NCBI GenBank assembly: GCA_027031495.1
Contig: JALVQA010000006.1
Span: 16,952-80,951, forward strand
DNA length: 64,000 nt
Direction of reading: 5' to 3'
Source: Candidatus Moraniibacteriota bacterium
Lineage (GTDB): Bacteria > Patescibacteriota > Minisyncoccia > Moranbacterales > GCA-2747515
Part shown: piece by piece, positions 29,502 through 39,058 of the stretch
How positions within the stretch are numbered: position 1 is the stretch's first letter
How the letters are laid out: every line of letters starts with the position of its first letter
Notes under the pieces: model-generated
Seen by the model: only the letters and a program-made list of their open reading frames with translations
Database searches by the model: none
Told to the model about the DNA's origin: nothing
Made by a program: the position numbers and the translations under genes

Positions 29502-31028
29502 GTGTATATATTTTTTATAAAGATACATAAGCATAATAGATTTGTTAGTATTGTCTTTTTTGTTGCGCTCTTTACGGCATTATTTGTACCAACGAGAGTT
29601 TTTGCTGTGCCGCCACCAGATATCGTTGTTGGTATTGCATCATCAGTTGTGCAGATTTTCTCGTTTATTGCGGTGTTCATTGTTGGTGCCTTCTTCAGTG
29701 TTGCGCGTTTTGTTGGTGAACTGTGGCGCGTACGTCTCCTGCGTTTTCTTACCATTCTCATTCTTGGTGCTGTGATTGGCATTGGTGTGCTTTATAGCGC
29801 AAACGTGTGGAAGGCACGTCAAGTAGAACGTACATTGCACGATATAGATAAGGAATATACTGCAATGTCTGGCAATAGTAAAGCGCCTTCACAATATAAT
29901 GCTACGATTGGCAGCAATACTAAGGTTGCGGTAGCGCATCATAGTGCAAGTGATGAAGCGATGATAGATGACACTACTTCCGGTGATTATGATCGTTTTG
30001 TGTCATTTGTGTCGGCGCACAACGATGCGCGTTTTCACTTAGTGGAGGATTTTTATCATGCAATCGTTAATGGTGATCTTGATTATGCATATACACTTTT
30101 TGTACCGACAGTGCCACAATCTGTTTTTCAGGAGCGCTTTCGTAGTGTAGAGCGAGTCGTGATCTATCGTTTGTGGTCACTTTCTGATATATATATTGGT
30201 GGCGATATTGCGTTATGTGAACAAACTCTGTGTGTGCGTTACGAAGTGCGCATGTTTCTAAATATTGATGCACAGGGTAAAGTGCACAATATTAGTGCAT
30301 ATACAATGTATGTGCGTGACTCATTTGATCCTAATCAGCATGTAGTGCCGGACGCTGGTGGCACAAAGCCAATTACCAATAAAGCGCTGCAAAAAATTTT
30401 AGAAACACAATCAAAAGATGCATATATTGTATTGGATGCACGTGAAGATGCGGAGTACAAAAATGGTACGTTGCCGGGCAGTGTGCACATTCGACCAGCT
30501 GACATTCGTGCTGGTGCATGGCAAACGTTACCGCGCGATGTACCAATTTATGTGATGTGCTGGTCCGGCATTCGTGGTAGACAAGTAGCGATGTTTTTGC
30601 GAAGAAAGGGGCGTATGGCTGACTATTTGGAACATGGTGCGAAGAGCTGGGTTGATAGCGGTGGCATGTGGGAAGGTGGAATTTCTTTTAAAAAGAAGTA
30701 TTCCGCAAAGCGGTACAGTTATGTCTTTTCTCTTGCAGAGTTAAAAAAGGAAATGGCTGCTGGTGCCATAATCATTGATACGCGAGAAGTTGAACGCTTT
30801 GATGCGTATCATATCCCGTACAGCACCAATATCTCTTTCTTTGAAACACCGCGCCGTGACCGCGCACTTCTTTTGGCACAAGTACCAAAAGGACATCGTG
30901 TCATAACAGCGTGCGATGGGTATGTTAATTGTTTTGATGCGCGTATTACCGGCGTCGCGCTGGAGGAAGAGGGTTATACATTTATCGGACGTTTTGCGCC
31001 AGTCGCCGCTTACAAAAAAGTACAATGA
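29502..31028 (+). CDS. Membrane protein with tandem rhodanese domains
   Basis: Signal-like N-terminus, VPPPD then TM hairpin; DARE..GTLPGS..MCWSGIRG and DTRE..HIP..ACDGYVNC; start codon uncertain (GTG). Confidence 0.75.
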   Translation: MYIFFIKIHKHNRFVSIVFFVALFTALFVPTRVFAVPPPDIVVGIASSVVQIFSFIAVFIVGAFFSVARFVGELWRVRLLRFLTILILGAVIGIGVLYSANVWKARQVERTLHDIDKEYTAMSGNSKAPSQYNATIGSNTKVAVAHHSASDEAMIDDTTSGDYDRFVSFVSAHNDARFHLVEDFYHAIVNGDLDYAYTLFVPTVPQSVFQERFRSVERVVIYRLWSLSDIYIGGDIALCEQTLCVRYEVRMFLNIDAQGKVHNISAYTMYVRDSFDPNQHVVPDAGGTKPITNKALQKILETQSKDAYIVLDAREDAEYKNGTLPGSVHIRPADIRAGAWQTLPRDVPIYVMCWSGIRGRQVAMFLRRKGRMADYLEHGAKSWVDSGGMWEGGISFKKKYSAKRYSYVFSLAELKKEMAAGAIIIDTREVERFDAYHIPYSTNISFFETPRRDRALLLAQVPKGHRVITACDGYVNCFDARITGVALEEEGYTFIGRFAPVAAYKKVQ

Positions 31029-32419
31029 TACAGGATGCAAAATATACACGCCTTGTGCGATTACAACATATCGTACCAGTGCCACCGTTTACCTACATTC
31101 GACGAGGTGATGTTTTTGATGAAAAGACTTTACCAAAAGGTGAACGCTTTATTGTGCGTGGTGTAAGCGCACACGAAGATGGTGTCACGTCGTCGCATGC
31201 CGGACAATTTATTACAATCGGACCGTGTGATGTTGCGGCAGTAAGAGATGCTGTGGCAAAAATTTTTTCTCATCCGTGGGCGATTGGCGCAATTGTGCAG
31301 GTGTTTGTAGATGCGCCAAGTGGCGTGGCATTTTGCTTTACGCGCGAACGTCTCTATGTTGAATATGCGCGTGAGCACGAGGGTGTGACAGCTGGTACGG
31401 TCAATCCTTCTGTTGCTCTTTTGCCGAGTGTATTGCAGCGATACAATGCGTTGACGCGCTCGCTTCAGCGCATTTACGATGTATTCGGCGCGTGTGATGT
31501 AGAGTTTGTCGGTATCGAAAATCCTTCTTTTGTGCAGGTGCGACCGATTACGCAACTGTTTAATGTTGATGAAGATATAGCGCGATGCAAAATGATGCTT
31601 CAAGAAATGGTACCGGCACAGTGGGTGGAGAACGATCTCTCAGAAACAATTGCCGAACGCAGTGCAGATGCAGCGCGCTTTTGGCACGTCTATCGCAAAG
31701 CAATGGCACGTTTTTGTCATGAGGTTCTCCATGAAGAATGTGTCATTCCGCATGACGCGGTTGTGCGTATTGGACAGCAGTATTTCGTGCGACGTGACCT
31801 TATTCAAATACAAACACTTACATTTAAGCGCATGATGAAGTTTTTGCTGTATTATGCGCGTTATAAGGATGTTTTGCATGATGTGCGTGCGTGTGATGAT
31901 GCGCCACTAGATGTGATAATAATGCGCAACTACTGTATTGCTATTGCGCATTCTCTGTGGCATACTCGCTTTTTCTTTGCACTTCGTCAACGTTATCGTG
32001 CTGTTATTGACGTGCGATTACGACGATATACTGCGGAGAAGAATGCGGATGTGATAGTAACATTTCCTCTAAAACAGGCACTTGCATCACCATTGCGTTA
32101 TAATCGCCAGCGGCTGTGCTGGGATGCGTTTACACCTCGTACGGGCGCCGGTACAGCTGTTGTAGAAGGTGAACTTTCCGATGGTCCATTTTTTTGCTAC
32201 GAACCGGGTGCGTCAATCCCGGACGATGTTGTCGTGCTTACATTACATCTTTATGCGGAAATCGGTGCTGCGTTACCACGTATTCGTGGTGTAATTTGTG
32301 CGCATGGCTCTCTCAATGCACATGTGGCAATTCTCGCACGAGAAACGCGTACACCACTGATAATTAATGCGCCACTCGAGCGCTACAAAAAGTGCGCTTT
32401 TGCGTCGGAAGCGAAATAG
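31025..32419 (+). CDS. PEP-utilizer/dikinase-like phosphotransferase (reduced ATP-grasp + His swivel domain)
   Basis: VRGVSAHED..SHAGQF, DVEF, VQVRPIT; C-terminal HGSLNAHVAILARE; ATGA overlap with upstream gene. Confidence 0.75.
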   Translation: MIQDAKYTRLVRLQHIVPVPPFTYIRRGDVFDEKTLPKGERFIVRGVSAHEDGVTSSHAGQFITIGPCDVAAVRDAVAKIFSHPWAIGAIVQVFVDAPSGVAFCFTRERLYVEYAREHEGVTAGTVNPSVALLPSVLQRYNALTRSLQRIYDVFGACDVEFVGIENPSFVQVRPITQLFNVDEDIARCKMMLQEMVPAQWVENDLSETIAERSADAARFWHVYRKAMARFCHEVLHEECVIPHDAVVRIGQQYFVRRDLIQIQTLTFKRMMKFLLYYARYKDVLHDVRACDDAPLDVIIMRNYCIAIAHSLWHTRFFFALRQRYRAVIDVRLRRYTAEKNADVIVTFPLKQALASPLRYNRQRLCWDAFTPRTGAGTAVVEGELSDGPFFCYEPGASIPDDVVVLTLHLYAEIGAALPRIRGVICAHGSLNAHVAILARETRTPLIINAPLERYKKCAFASEAK

Positions 32420-32436
32420 TATAGACATTTTTTATG

Positions 32437-34452
32437 TCAAACAATGCTTATCGGATCAACATCAATGATTGTGCGTGGTGGTGTTGCGCGCAGAAGTATG
32501 GAGAGTGTTTCAGGGAGTGGCGCGGTATCTTTTGTTTTGTTTGGGATGCGTATGATAATTTGGTAGCGGTAGAGACCACGTCGCTTTGAGAGGAGTGGTG
32601 TATGTGGATCGCTGACGCGCCATGCGTTTTTTGTATTACATTTTGTAATTTTTGTGTGCCATGTGGTAGCGTATGCGTTCGCTTTATCTTTGTCTTTATG
32701 TTGAAATATAAGCTTGATAACGCGCCAGTACGGTGGGTAGTGGAGGAGTTTGCGCTCTGCGAGCGTATCTTTGCGAAAAGCTGTGTAGTTAAGTGTTTTT
32801 GTATATGAAAAAAGGTGATAATCCGGCTTGTATGTTTGCACAAAAACCGTTCCGTTCTCCGCATTTTTATGTGTGACAGCCGCAGTGGCATTACTAATAA
32901 AAGCAAAGAGGCGTTCATCGGCGCTAATATCCGGAATGGATAAAAGTGCATCCGCATCAATGATGCCAACGACACTTAAATGTGGATTGCGCCAATCTTT
33001 GAGCGCCATTTGCGTGCCAATAATAATGTCAATTTTTTCGTCCTCACACTTCTTGAGTATTTCCGTTGCTGCATGTGTGGCGCGCATGCTGTGGCCATCA
33101 ATACGTACAATGCGCGCAGTGGGAAAGAGTTTTGTAAGCATGTTTTCAATCTTGCTCGTGCCGTAGCCGATATTACGAAAACTCATATTTTTACAATGTG
33201 TGCACTGCGGAAAAATAGATGTTGTATACGTGCAATGAAAACATTCATAATGTCCTTCGGCAGTGAGAACAAGTGCGCGATCACAGTCGGGGCAAGCGAG
33301 AAGTGCGCCGCAGTCAGTGCAGAGTGAAAACGCGCTCATACCTTTGTGATTAAAAAAGAGAAGGGATTGTTTCTTGCGTGCAATAGCGCTGCGTATTGCC
33401 TCAATAAGTGTTGGTGAAAAGAGAGCGGGCGCTGGCTTTTTGCGCTTCTTTTTTTGCGCTTCTTTAACGCGCTCAAAGTGTACGGCACGCATGTCAATAA
33501 TATGTATTGATGCTGACGAGAATTCTGGTCCGAGTGGTGTTGGCACTTTTTTTGTAATGCGTGGTGCGGCACTAACGGCAACAAGCTGGCAGTTGTGTAT
33601 GCGCGCAAGTGTTTGTGCGACGGAGCGCGCATCAAAGCGTGGTGCGCGATCCCATTGTTTAAAACTTATATCGTGCTCTTCATCTACAATAACAAGGCGC
33701 AAGTGTGCAAATGGTTGAAAGAGTGCTTTTTTTGTACCAATGATAATGCGTGCCGTATTATTACGTATTGCTTGGTGAGTGCGCCACAGTGTACCCTTGG
33801 CAATTTTGTTGTGAACGACAACGATTTCGTCAGGATTAAAGTATGTACGTAGTGCAGAAGCTATCTGTTCTGCAAGGAGGATTTCCGGCAAGAGAAAGAG
33901 GATTTGCGCTGTTTTTTGAGCAGTAAGGATTTTGTGTATAAGGTGCAGATAAAGTGCATCACGTGCTGTTTCTTGCGTATCGCGTAAAAGATTAAATGTG
34001 TATTTCTCTTGCGCAAGAATATCCGTGCACAGAGAAGTTGTTGTTTTTGTAAGTGGTGGGATATTTTTTGTGTGCGTATGTGATATTGTTGGTGTATCTT
34101 GTATGCGTGCATGTGTTGGCGGTGTATAGAACTGTGCTATTACTGTACCGAGTGAAGTAAATGTTGTTTCTGCAATGTGCGATGCTAATGCAATTTGCTC
34201 ATGTGTACAATAATTTTTATGGATGATGCGCGTAATTTTTTTAAGTTGCATTGATGTGCTTTTGCGTGGCTTTGTGACACGACATTGAAGAACGATGCCG
34301 TGTACGGTACGGCGAAAAAGAGGAACCGATACAAGTGTGCCCGGAGAAATTGGTCTATCACTTGTATACCAAAAAAACTGCTCTCGTGTGAGCGGGATGG
34401 TTGTAAATGGTACGATATCGCAAAAGTAATTGTGTGGTGTTTTCTGTGACAT
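32437..34452 (-). CDS. priA: Primosomal protein PriA (degenerate helicase motifs)
   Basis: VSVPL 3'-DNA-binding domain, DEEHD.SFKQ, four CxxC pairs, YPPY C-terminal domain. Confidence 0.9.
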   Translation of the reverse strand: MSQKTPHNYFCDIVPFTTIPLTREQFFWYTSDRPISPGTLVSVPLFRRTVHGIVLQCRVTKPRKSTSMQLKKITRIIHKNYCTHEQIALASHIAETTFTSLGTVIAQFYTPPTHARIQDTPTISHTHTKNIPPLTKTTTSLCTDILAQEKYTFNLLRDTQETARDALYLHLIHKILTAQKTAQILFLLPEILLAEQIASALRTYFNPDEIVVVHNKIAKGTLWRTHQAIRNNTARIIIGTKKALFQPFAHLRLVIVDEEHDISFKQWDRAPRFDARSVAQTLARIHNCQLVAVSAAPRITKKVPTPLGPEFSSASIHIIDMRAVHFERVKEAQKKKRKKPAPALFSPTLIEAIRSAIARKKQSLLFFNHKGMSAFSLCTDCGALLACPDCDRALVLTAEGHYECFHCTYTTSIFPQCTHCKNMSFRNIGYGTSKIENMLTKLFPTARIVRIDGHSMRATHAATEILKKCEDEKIDIIIGTQMALKDWRNPHLSVVGIIDADALLSIPDISADERLFAFISNATAAVTHKNAENGTVFVQTYKPDYHLFSYTKTLNYTAFRKDTLAERKLLHYPPYWRVIKLIFQHKDKDKANAYATTWHTKITKCNTKNAWRVSDPHTPLLSKRRGLYRYQIIIRIPNKTKDTAPLPETLSILLRATPPRTIIDVDPISIV

Positions 34453-34458
34453 TGCTCC

Positions 34459-34467
34459 ATTTTACCA
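34459..34467 (-). promoter_or_regulatory. Extended -10 of probable leaderless priA transcript
   Basis: TGgTAAAAT, then 6 nt, then ATG. Confidence 0.5.
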
Positions 34468-34621
34468 TATGCCATAAAATATTTAATTTCTATGACCAAA
34501 CGTTAGCTCCTATGTGAGAAATACATGAATTTATACGATTCTTATCAGAGTGGGAAATTGACATCAATACAGAGACTGACAAAAAGTAGAATGTAAGCTC
34601 GGCGGTGCAATGTTATAAATT

Positions 34622-34650
34622 TTGACAATTATTGCAGTATATGTTAAATT
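34622..34650 (+). promoter_or_regulatory. Sigma70-type promoter
   Basis: TTGACA-17nt-TAAATT with TG extension. Confidence 0.45.
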
Positions 34651-34679
34651 GAATATCGTTATAAACTTGTGAATAAAGT

Positions 34680-35771
34680 ATGTCAAAAGAAGGAAAAAGT
34701 GGCACTTATGAAGGCTTTTTTGAGCAAGTCGTGCATGATTTGCCACAGCGTTCGCGCGAAGTTTTGCGACGACGCTTTGGTATTGAATCTGGTGAACCGC
34801 AGACACTTGATAGCATTGGCAGACAGTATGGATTAACGCGTGAACGTATCCGACAAATCGTTGATAATAGTATAGAAAGTGTCAAAGAAGCGGCATCGCG
34901 TGATATTGCGCAAAAAATCTATTCTTCTCTTGAAGATGAGATTCGCAGACGTGGTAATATTATGGTTGAAGAGGAATTGATGAAAGTTGTTGCATCGGAT
35001 AACGTGACTGAACGAGGCGCTGTTCGCTTCTTTTTAGAAACAGCAAAAAATATCAGATATCTTAGGCGTAAAGACGTTTTTAAAACAGTTGTCCATGTTG
35101 AGTTTGATGAACAACAGTGGGAGCGCGTGAAAGATATTGTTAAGGCAATTCTCTCTGAGGTTAAAGAGCCGCTTGCACATGATATTTTACATCAGCAGTA
35201 TCGGCAACATCCTGAAGCGCACGAAGACGTTGATGAGGAGCTTCTTCACCACTATCTTCAGCCGGTTACTGATATCAAGAAAAATCCATTTGGGCGATGG
35301 GGTATGGCGCATTGGCGTGATGTAACACCGCGCGGTATTCGTGAGAAGATCTACTTGATTTTGAAAGAGCATGGTGAGCCGATGCACTTTAGGGAGATAG
35401 CGGCATATATTGATAAATATGGCCTTAATAAACAGCCGGGCAAAAAAACGAATGTGCAGACTGTGCACAATGAGTTGATTAAAGATCCGCGTTTTATTCT
35501 TGTTGGCCGCGGTCTTTATGGGCTTGATGAGTGGGGATATACACCTGGTACGGTGCGTGATGTTATTACAGCAATTCTAAAGAAACATAGTGGTGGTCCT
35601 ATGAAGACGGAAGAAATTGTTGAAGAGGTGTTGAAGGTGCGCAACGTGCGAAAAATGACCATTATTGTCAATCTTAATCAGTTCTTTAAGAAGGTTGGAC
35701 GCGGTCTCTATACATTACCGGACGATACTGACACAACGCTTCGCACCAATGGTGACGCATATAAAAAATAA
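34680..35771 (+). CDS. Sigma70 region-4 HTH + HARE-HTH (RNAP delta-like) protein
   Basis: RRRFGI...TLDSIG..YGLTRERIRQI; C-terminal QTVHNELIKDPRFILVGRGLYGL. Confidence 0.75.
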   Translation: MSKEGKSGTYEGFFEQVVHDLPQRSREVLRRRFGIESGEPQTLDSIGRQYGLTRERIRQIVDNSIESVKEAASRDIAQKIYSSLEDEIRRRGNIMVEEELMKVVASDNVTERGAVRFFLETAKNIRYLRRKDVFKTVVHVEFDEQQWERVKDIVKAILSEVKEPLAHDILHQQYRQHPEAHEDVDEELLHHYLQPVTDIKKNPFGRWGMAHWRDVTPRGIREKIYLILKEHGEPMHFREIAAYIDKYGLNKQPGKKTNVQTVHNELIKDPRFILVGRGLYGLDEWGYTPGTVRDVITAILKKHSGGPMKTEEIVEEVLKVRNVRKMTIIVNLNQFFKKVGRGLYTLPDDTDTTLRTNGDAYKK

Positions 35772-35836
35772 TACATTCTATAGAGTGCACTACGTATGTT
35801 ATACTGGAAAATGTATAACTTTTGTGTCAGTAGTAT

Positions 35837-37117
35837 ATGGAGGAAATTATAGTTATTTATAAACAGTTATTCAGTGCAATACCGCACGTTGCTGACATTT
35901 TGCGGTATGTGTGGTTTTTTATTTTACCTCCATTTCTTTACAAAGTTTTCTATATTGTGTGGATGGATTATGCCAATGATGTATATCTTTCAAACACACC
36001 ATCTGACATGCTTGAGATTATTCCACCACACAATACGGAGCGTTCACCGCAACCAATGGAGTCAGTTTTTGCCGGTCTTGAGGGAACGAGCGCATACATT
36101 CCGGCGTATGACGAGCTCTGTATGGGTGTTATGCCACCAACATTTAACTTTGAGATTGTCGGCACTAATGGTAATGTGCATTTTTATGTGCTGTTAGAGC
36201 GGCGATTTCGTTCTGTTTTTGAATCGCATTTTTATGCCCAATATCCCGATGCCGAAATTCATGAAGCGCGTGATTATACAGGTGATGTACCTGCGATTGT
36301 GCCAAATAAGAACTGGGATTTATGGGGCGCTGATATTACACTTATCAAGCCGGATCCAATTCCGATTAAAACATGGCAATACTTTGAAGAGGATATTACC
36401 GGAAAAATGATTGACCCGATGGCAGGTCTTATCGAAGTGATGGGACATACGCGTAAAGCTGAGCATCTATGGTTTCAAATTATTGCTGAGCCGATGCCAG
36501 AATCCTGGCATGACCAGGAAGGTATGGCGTACGTTGAGGAACTTAAAGGTCGTAAACCAGCACCGAAAAAGGGTCTTATTGCACGTTTTATGATGGCAAT
36601 AACCGGATTTTTGTCACCGGGTGGTGATGGGAGTAGCGCTTCCGGTGAAGCTGATGCACCACTTGAATTTCGTCTTTCACCAGGAGAAAAGAAAGTGCTT
36701 GAAGCCATTGAGGAAAATGTCGGACGTTATATGTTTAAGGTAAAAATGCGTATGATTTATCTTGCGCGGACGGAAGTTTTTGACAAAGGACTTGTAGCCG
36801 GCTTTTTTGGTGCATTAAAACAGTTTGCCGATTTTAATCTTAATGCTTTTAAGCCATATGAGCCATCAATAACATACGCACTCTATGTGGCACGCAAAAT
36901 ACGTCTGCGTTTTCGTCAACATAAAATTCTTTACTCATATCGCAAACGTAAGATGAGTGGTGTAAAATTTGTTCTGTCGGACCGTGAATTGGCGACAATA
37001 TATCATATGCCGGATATGAGTGTCGTTGCACCGGCAATCGCGCGTTCCAATATTACAAAGTCAACAGCGCCTGCTAATTTGCCGATTCCGGATGATTCTT
37101 TATTTGATAACAAGTAA
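35837..37117 (+). CDS. CPR conserved membrane-anchored protein, partner of VirD4-like ATPase
   Basis: N-terminal TM, AQYPDAEI, ELATIYHMP, APANLP. Confidence 0.7.
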   Translation: MEEIIVIYKQLFSAIPHVADILRYVWFFILPPFLYKVFYIVWMDYANDVYLSNTPSDMLEIIPPHNTERSPQPMESVFAGLEGTSAYIPAYDELCMGVMPPTFNFEIVGTNGNVHFYVLLERRFRSVFESHFYAQYPDAEIHEARDYTGDVPAIVPNKNWDLWGADITLIKPDPIPIKTWQYFEEDITGKMIDPMAGLIEVMGHTRKAEHLWFQIIAEPMPESWHDQEGMAYVEELKGRKPAPKKGLIARFMMAITGFLSPGGDGSSASGEADAPLEFRLSPGEKKVLEAIEENVGRYMFKVKMRMIYLARTEVFDKGLVAGFFGALKQFADFNLNAFKPYEPSITYALYVARKIRLRFRQHKILYSYRKRKMSGVKFVLSDRELATIYHMPDMSVVAPAIARSNITKSTAPANLPIPDDSLFDNK

Positions 37118-37125
37118 TAACATCT

Positions 37126-39000
37126 ATGTCAGAAGAGATTACTTTTTTTGCACAAACACGCTTCCGTGATCATGATCAGATTTTCGGTATCAAAACAGAT
37201 GATCGGCGACGTCACATGTACATTATTGGAAAGAGTGGCATGGGGAAGACCACGCTTTTGGAGCAAATGGTGACGCAGGACATTATGAACGGACATGGTG
37301 TGGCATATATTGATCCACATGGTGATACGGCAGAGAAGATGCTTGAGATGGTGCCACCGGAGCGTGTTAAGGATGTTATTTATTTTAATCCCGCTGATCA
37401 AGATTTTCCAATTGCATTTAATGTCCTGGAACAGGTGGAGCCGAGATATCGCCATCTTGTGGCATCCGGTGTTGTTGGTGTGTTTAAAAAATTGTGGGCG
37501 GATTCATGGGGGCCACGCTTGGAGTATATTTTACGCAATGCAATTCTTGCGCTTTTAGAGACACCAAATACAACGCTTCTTGGTGTGATGCGCATTCTTA
37601 TTGATAAAAAGTATAGAAAACGCATAACAGCAAACATTACCGATCCTGTCGTGCGCTCTTTCTGGATAGATGAATTTCCAAAGTGGAATGATCGTGTCTT
37701 GCAGGAGGTGATTGCGCCAATCCAAAATAAGGTTGGACAATTTCTTACAAGTTCTCTCATCCGTAATATTGTTGGCCAAACAAAAAGCGCTTTTAGTATT
37801 CGTGATGTGATGGATCAGCGGAAAATTCTTATTATGAACCTGTCCAAGGGACGCATCGGAGAAGATAACAGTGCGCTCTTGGGGGCAATGATGATTACAA
37901 AAATTCAGATGGCGGCAATGAGCCGTGTTGATACACTGGAAGATGAACGTCGCGATTTTTATCTTTACGTTGATGAGTTTCAGAATTTTGCAACGGAATC
38001 ATTTGCAAATATCCTTTCAGAGGCACGTAAATACCGTCTCAGCATCATTCTTGCTCATCAATACATTGCGCAAATTCAGGAAGAAGTGCGTGATGCTGTT
38101 TTTGGCAATGTTGGCACAATTGTTACGTTTCGTGTAGGTGCAGTTGATGCAGAGTTTTTGGAGAAAGAGTTCGACCCTGTCTTTACTATGAATGATATTG
38201 TTAATTTACCGAAATATCATATTTACTTGAAGTTGATGATTGATGGCGTTGCTGCTGATGCATTCAGTGCGACGACGTTGCCGCCGGTAAACGAAGGTCA
38301 TACGTATGGACAAGAAAAAGCAATTATTGAGTATACGCGAAAGATGTATGCATCAAAGCGTGCAGATGTAGAGCGTCGTATAGCGGTCTGGAGTGGTGTT
38401 GTGCCTGAAGACTTGCCGCAACACATCGCGACATCTTCGCAAAATAGTGACGATATGCCACAACAAGCAGTATCGGAAGACACTGATGCGAATGGTGATA
38501 GTGTTCAAAAAGAAGAGCAAAAACAACAGAGTGGTGATGCGCGTAGTACTGTCGCAGATATGCGACCGCTCTTTGACGCAAAATGCGATGCGTGTGATAT
38601 TGATATCCGTGTACCGTTTCAACCGGACGGTACGCGGCCTGTTTTCTGTAAGGATTGTCTCGCAGTACATCGTAGCAATATGATGAAAGCTACAAGACAA
38701 TCGCCAACAGACACAAAGGAAAAAAGTGGCAATAATAATGGTGTACGTGCAACTACTGTCGGCAAAAAAAAGAAAAAAGAGCCGGTTGTGGAGAAAGTTG
38801 AATATAAAGCATTTACACCGAAGGAACGACCACTTTCACTTTCGCAGATAACGCACATTGCGCCGAAGAAGTTTAAGCGTGCGTCAAACAAACAGCCGCA
38901 TATTCACGGTATACAAGCAATCCTTAACAACGTACGTGCAGGTATTGCCGAAAAAGACGAAAATGTGCAAGAAAAGAGTGTTGATAAGGATAATTCATAG
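37126..39000 (+). CDS. TraG/VirD4/HerA-like ATPase with C-terminal CxxC-x17-CxxC zinc ribbon
   Basis: GKSGMGKT, IDPHGD, YVDEFQNF, EARKY; CDAC..VPFQP..RPVFCKDC. Confidence 0.88.
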   Translation: MSEEITFFAQTRFRDHDQIFGIKTDDRRRHMYIIGKSGMGKTTLLEQMVTQDIMNGHGVAYIDPHGDTAEKMLEMVPPERVKDVIYFNPADQDFPIAFNVLEQVEPRYRHLVASGVVGVFKKLWADSWGPRLEYILRNAILALLETPNTTLLGVMRILIDKKYRKRITANITDPVVRSFWIDEFPKWNDRVLQEVIAPIQNKVGQFLTSSLIRNIVGQTKSAFSIRDVMDQRKILIMNLSKGRIGEDNSALLGAMMITKIQMAAMSRVDTLEDERRDFYLYVDEFQNFATESFANILSEARKYRLSIILAHQYIAQIQEEVRDAVFGNVGTIVTFRVGAVDAEFLEKEFDPVFTMNDIVNLPKYHIYLKLMIDGVAADAFSATTLPPVNEGHTYGQEKAIIEYTRKMYASKRADVERRIAVWSGVVPEDLPQHIATSSQNSDDMPQQAVSEDTDANGDSVQKEEQKQQSGDARSTVADMRPLFDAKCDACDIDIRVPFQPDGTRPVFCKDCLAVHRSNMMKATRQSPTDTKEKSGNNNGVRATTVGKKKKKEPVVEKVEYKAFTPKERPLSLSQITHIAPKKFKRASNKQPHIHGIQAILNNVRAGIAEKDENVQEKSVDKDNS

Positions 39001-39058
39001 GAATTTTATTCGCATAACGCCCTATATTATATATCAGTAATCTGCTAATATATCTACA

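Noticed and set aside
35837-39000. Conjugative element/ICE suggested by the VirD4-like ATPase
   Set aside because: No relaxase, integrase, virB genes or att repeats; flanked by housekeeping genes
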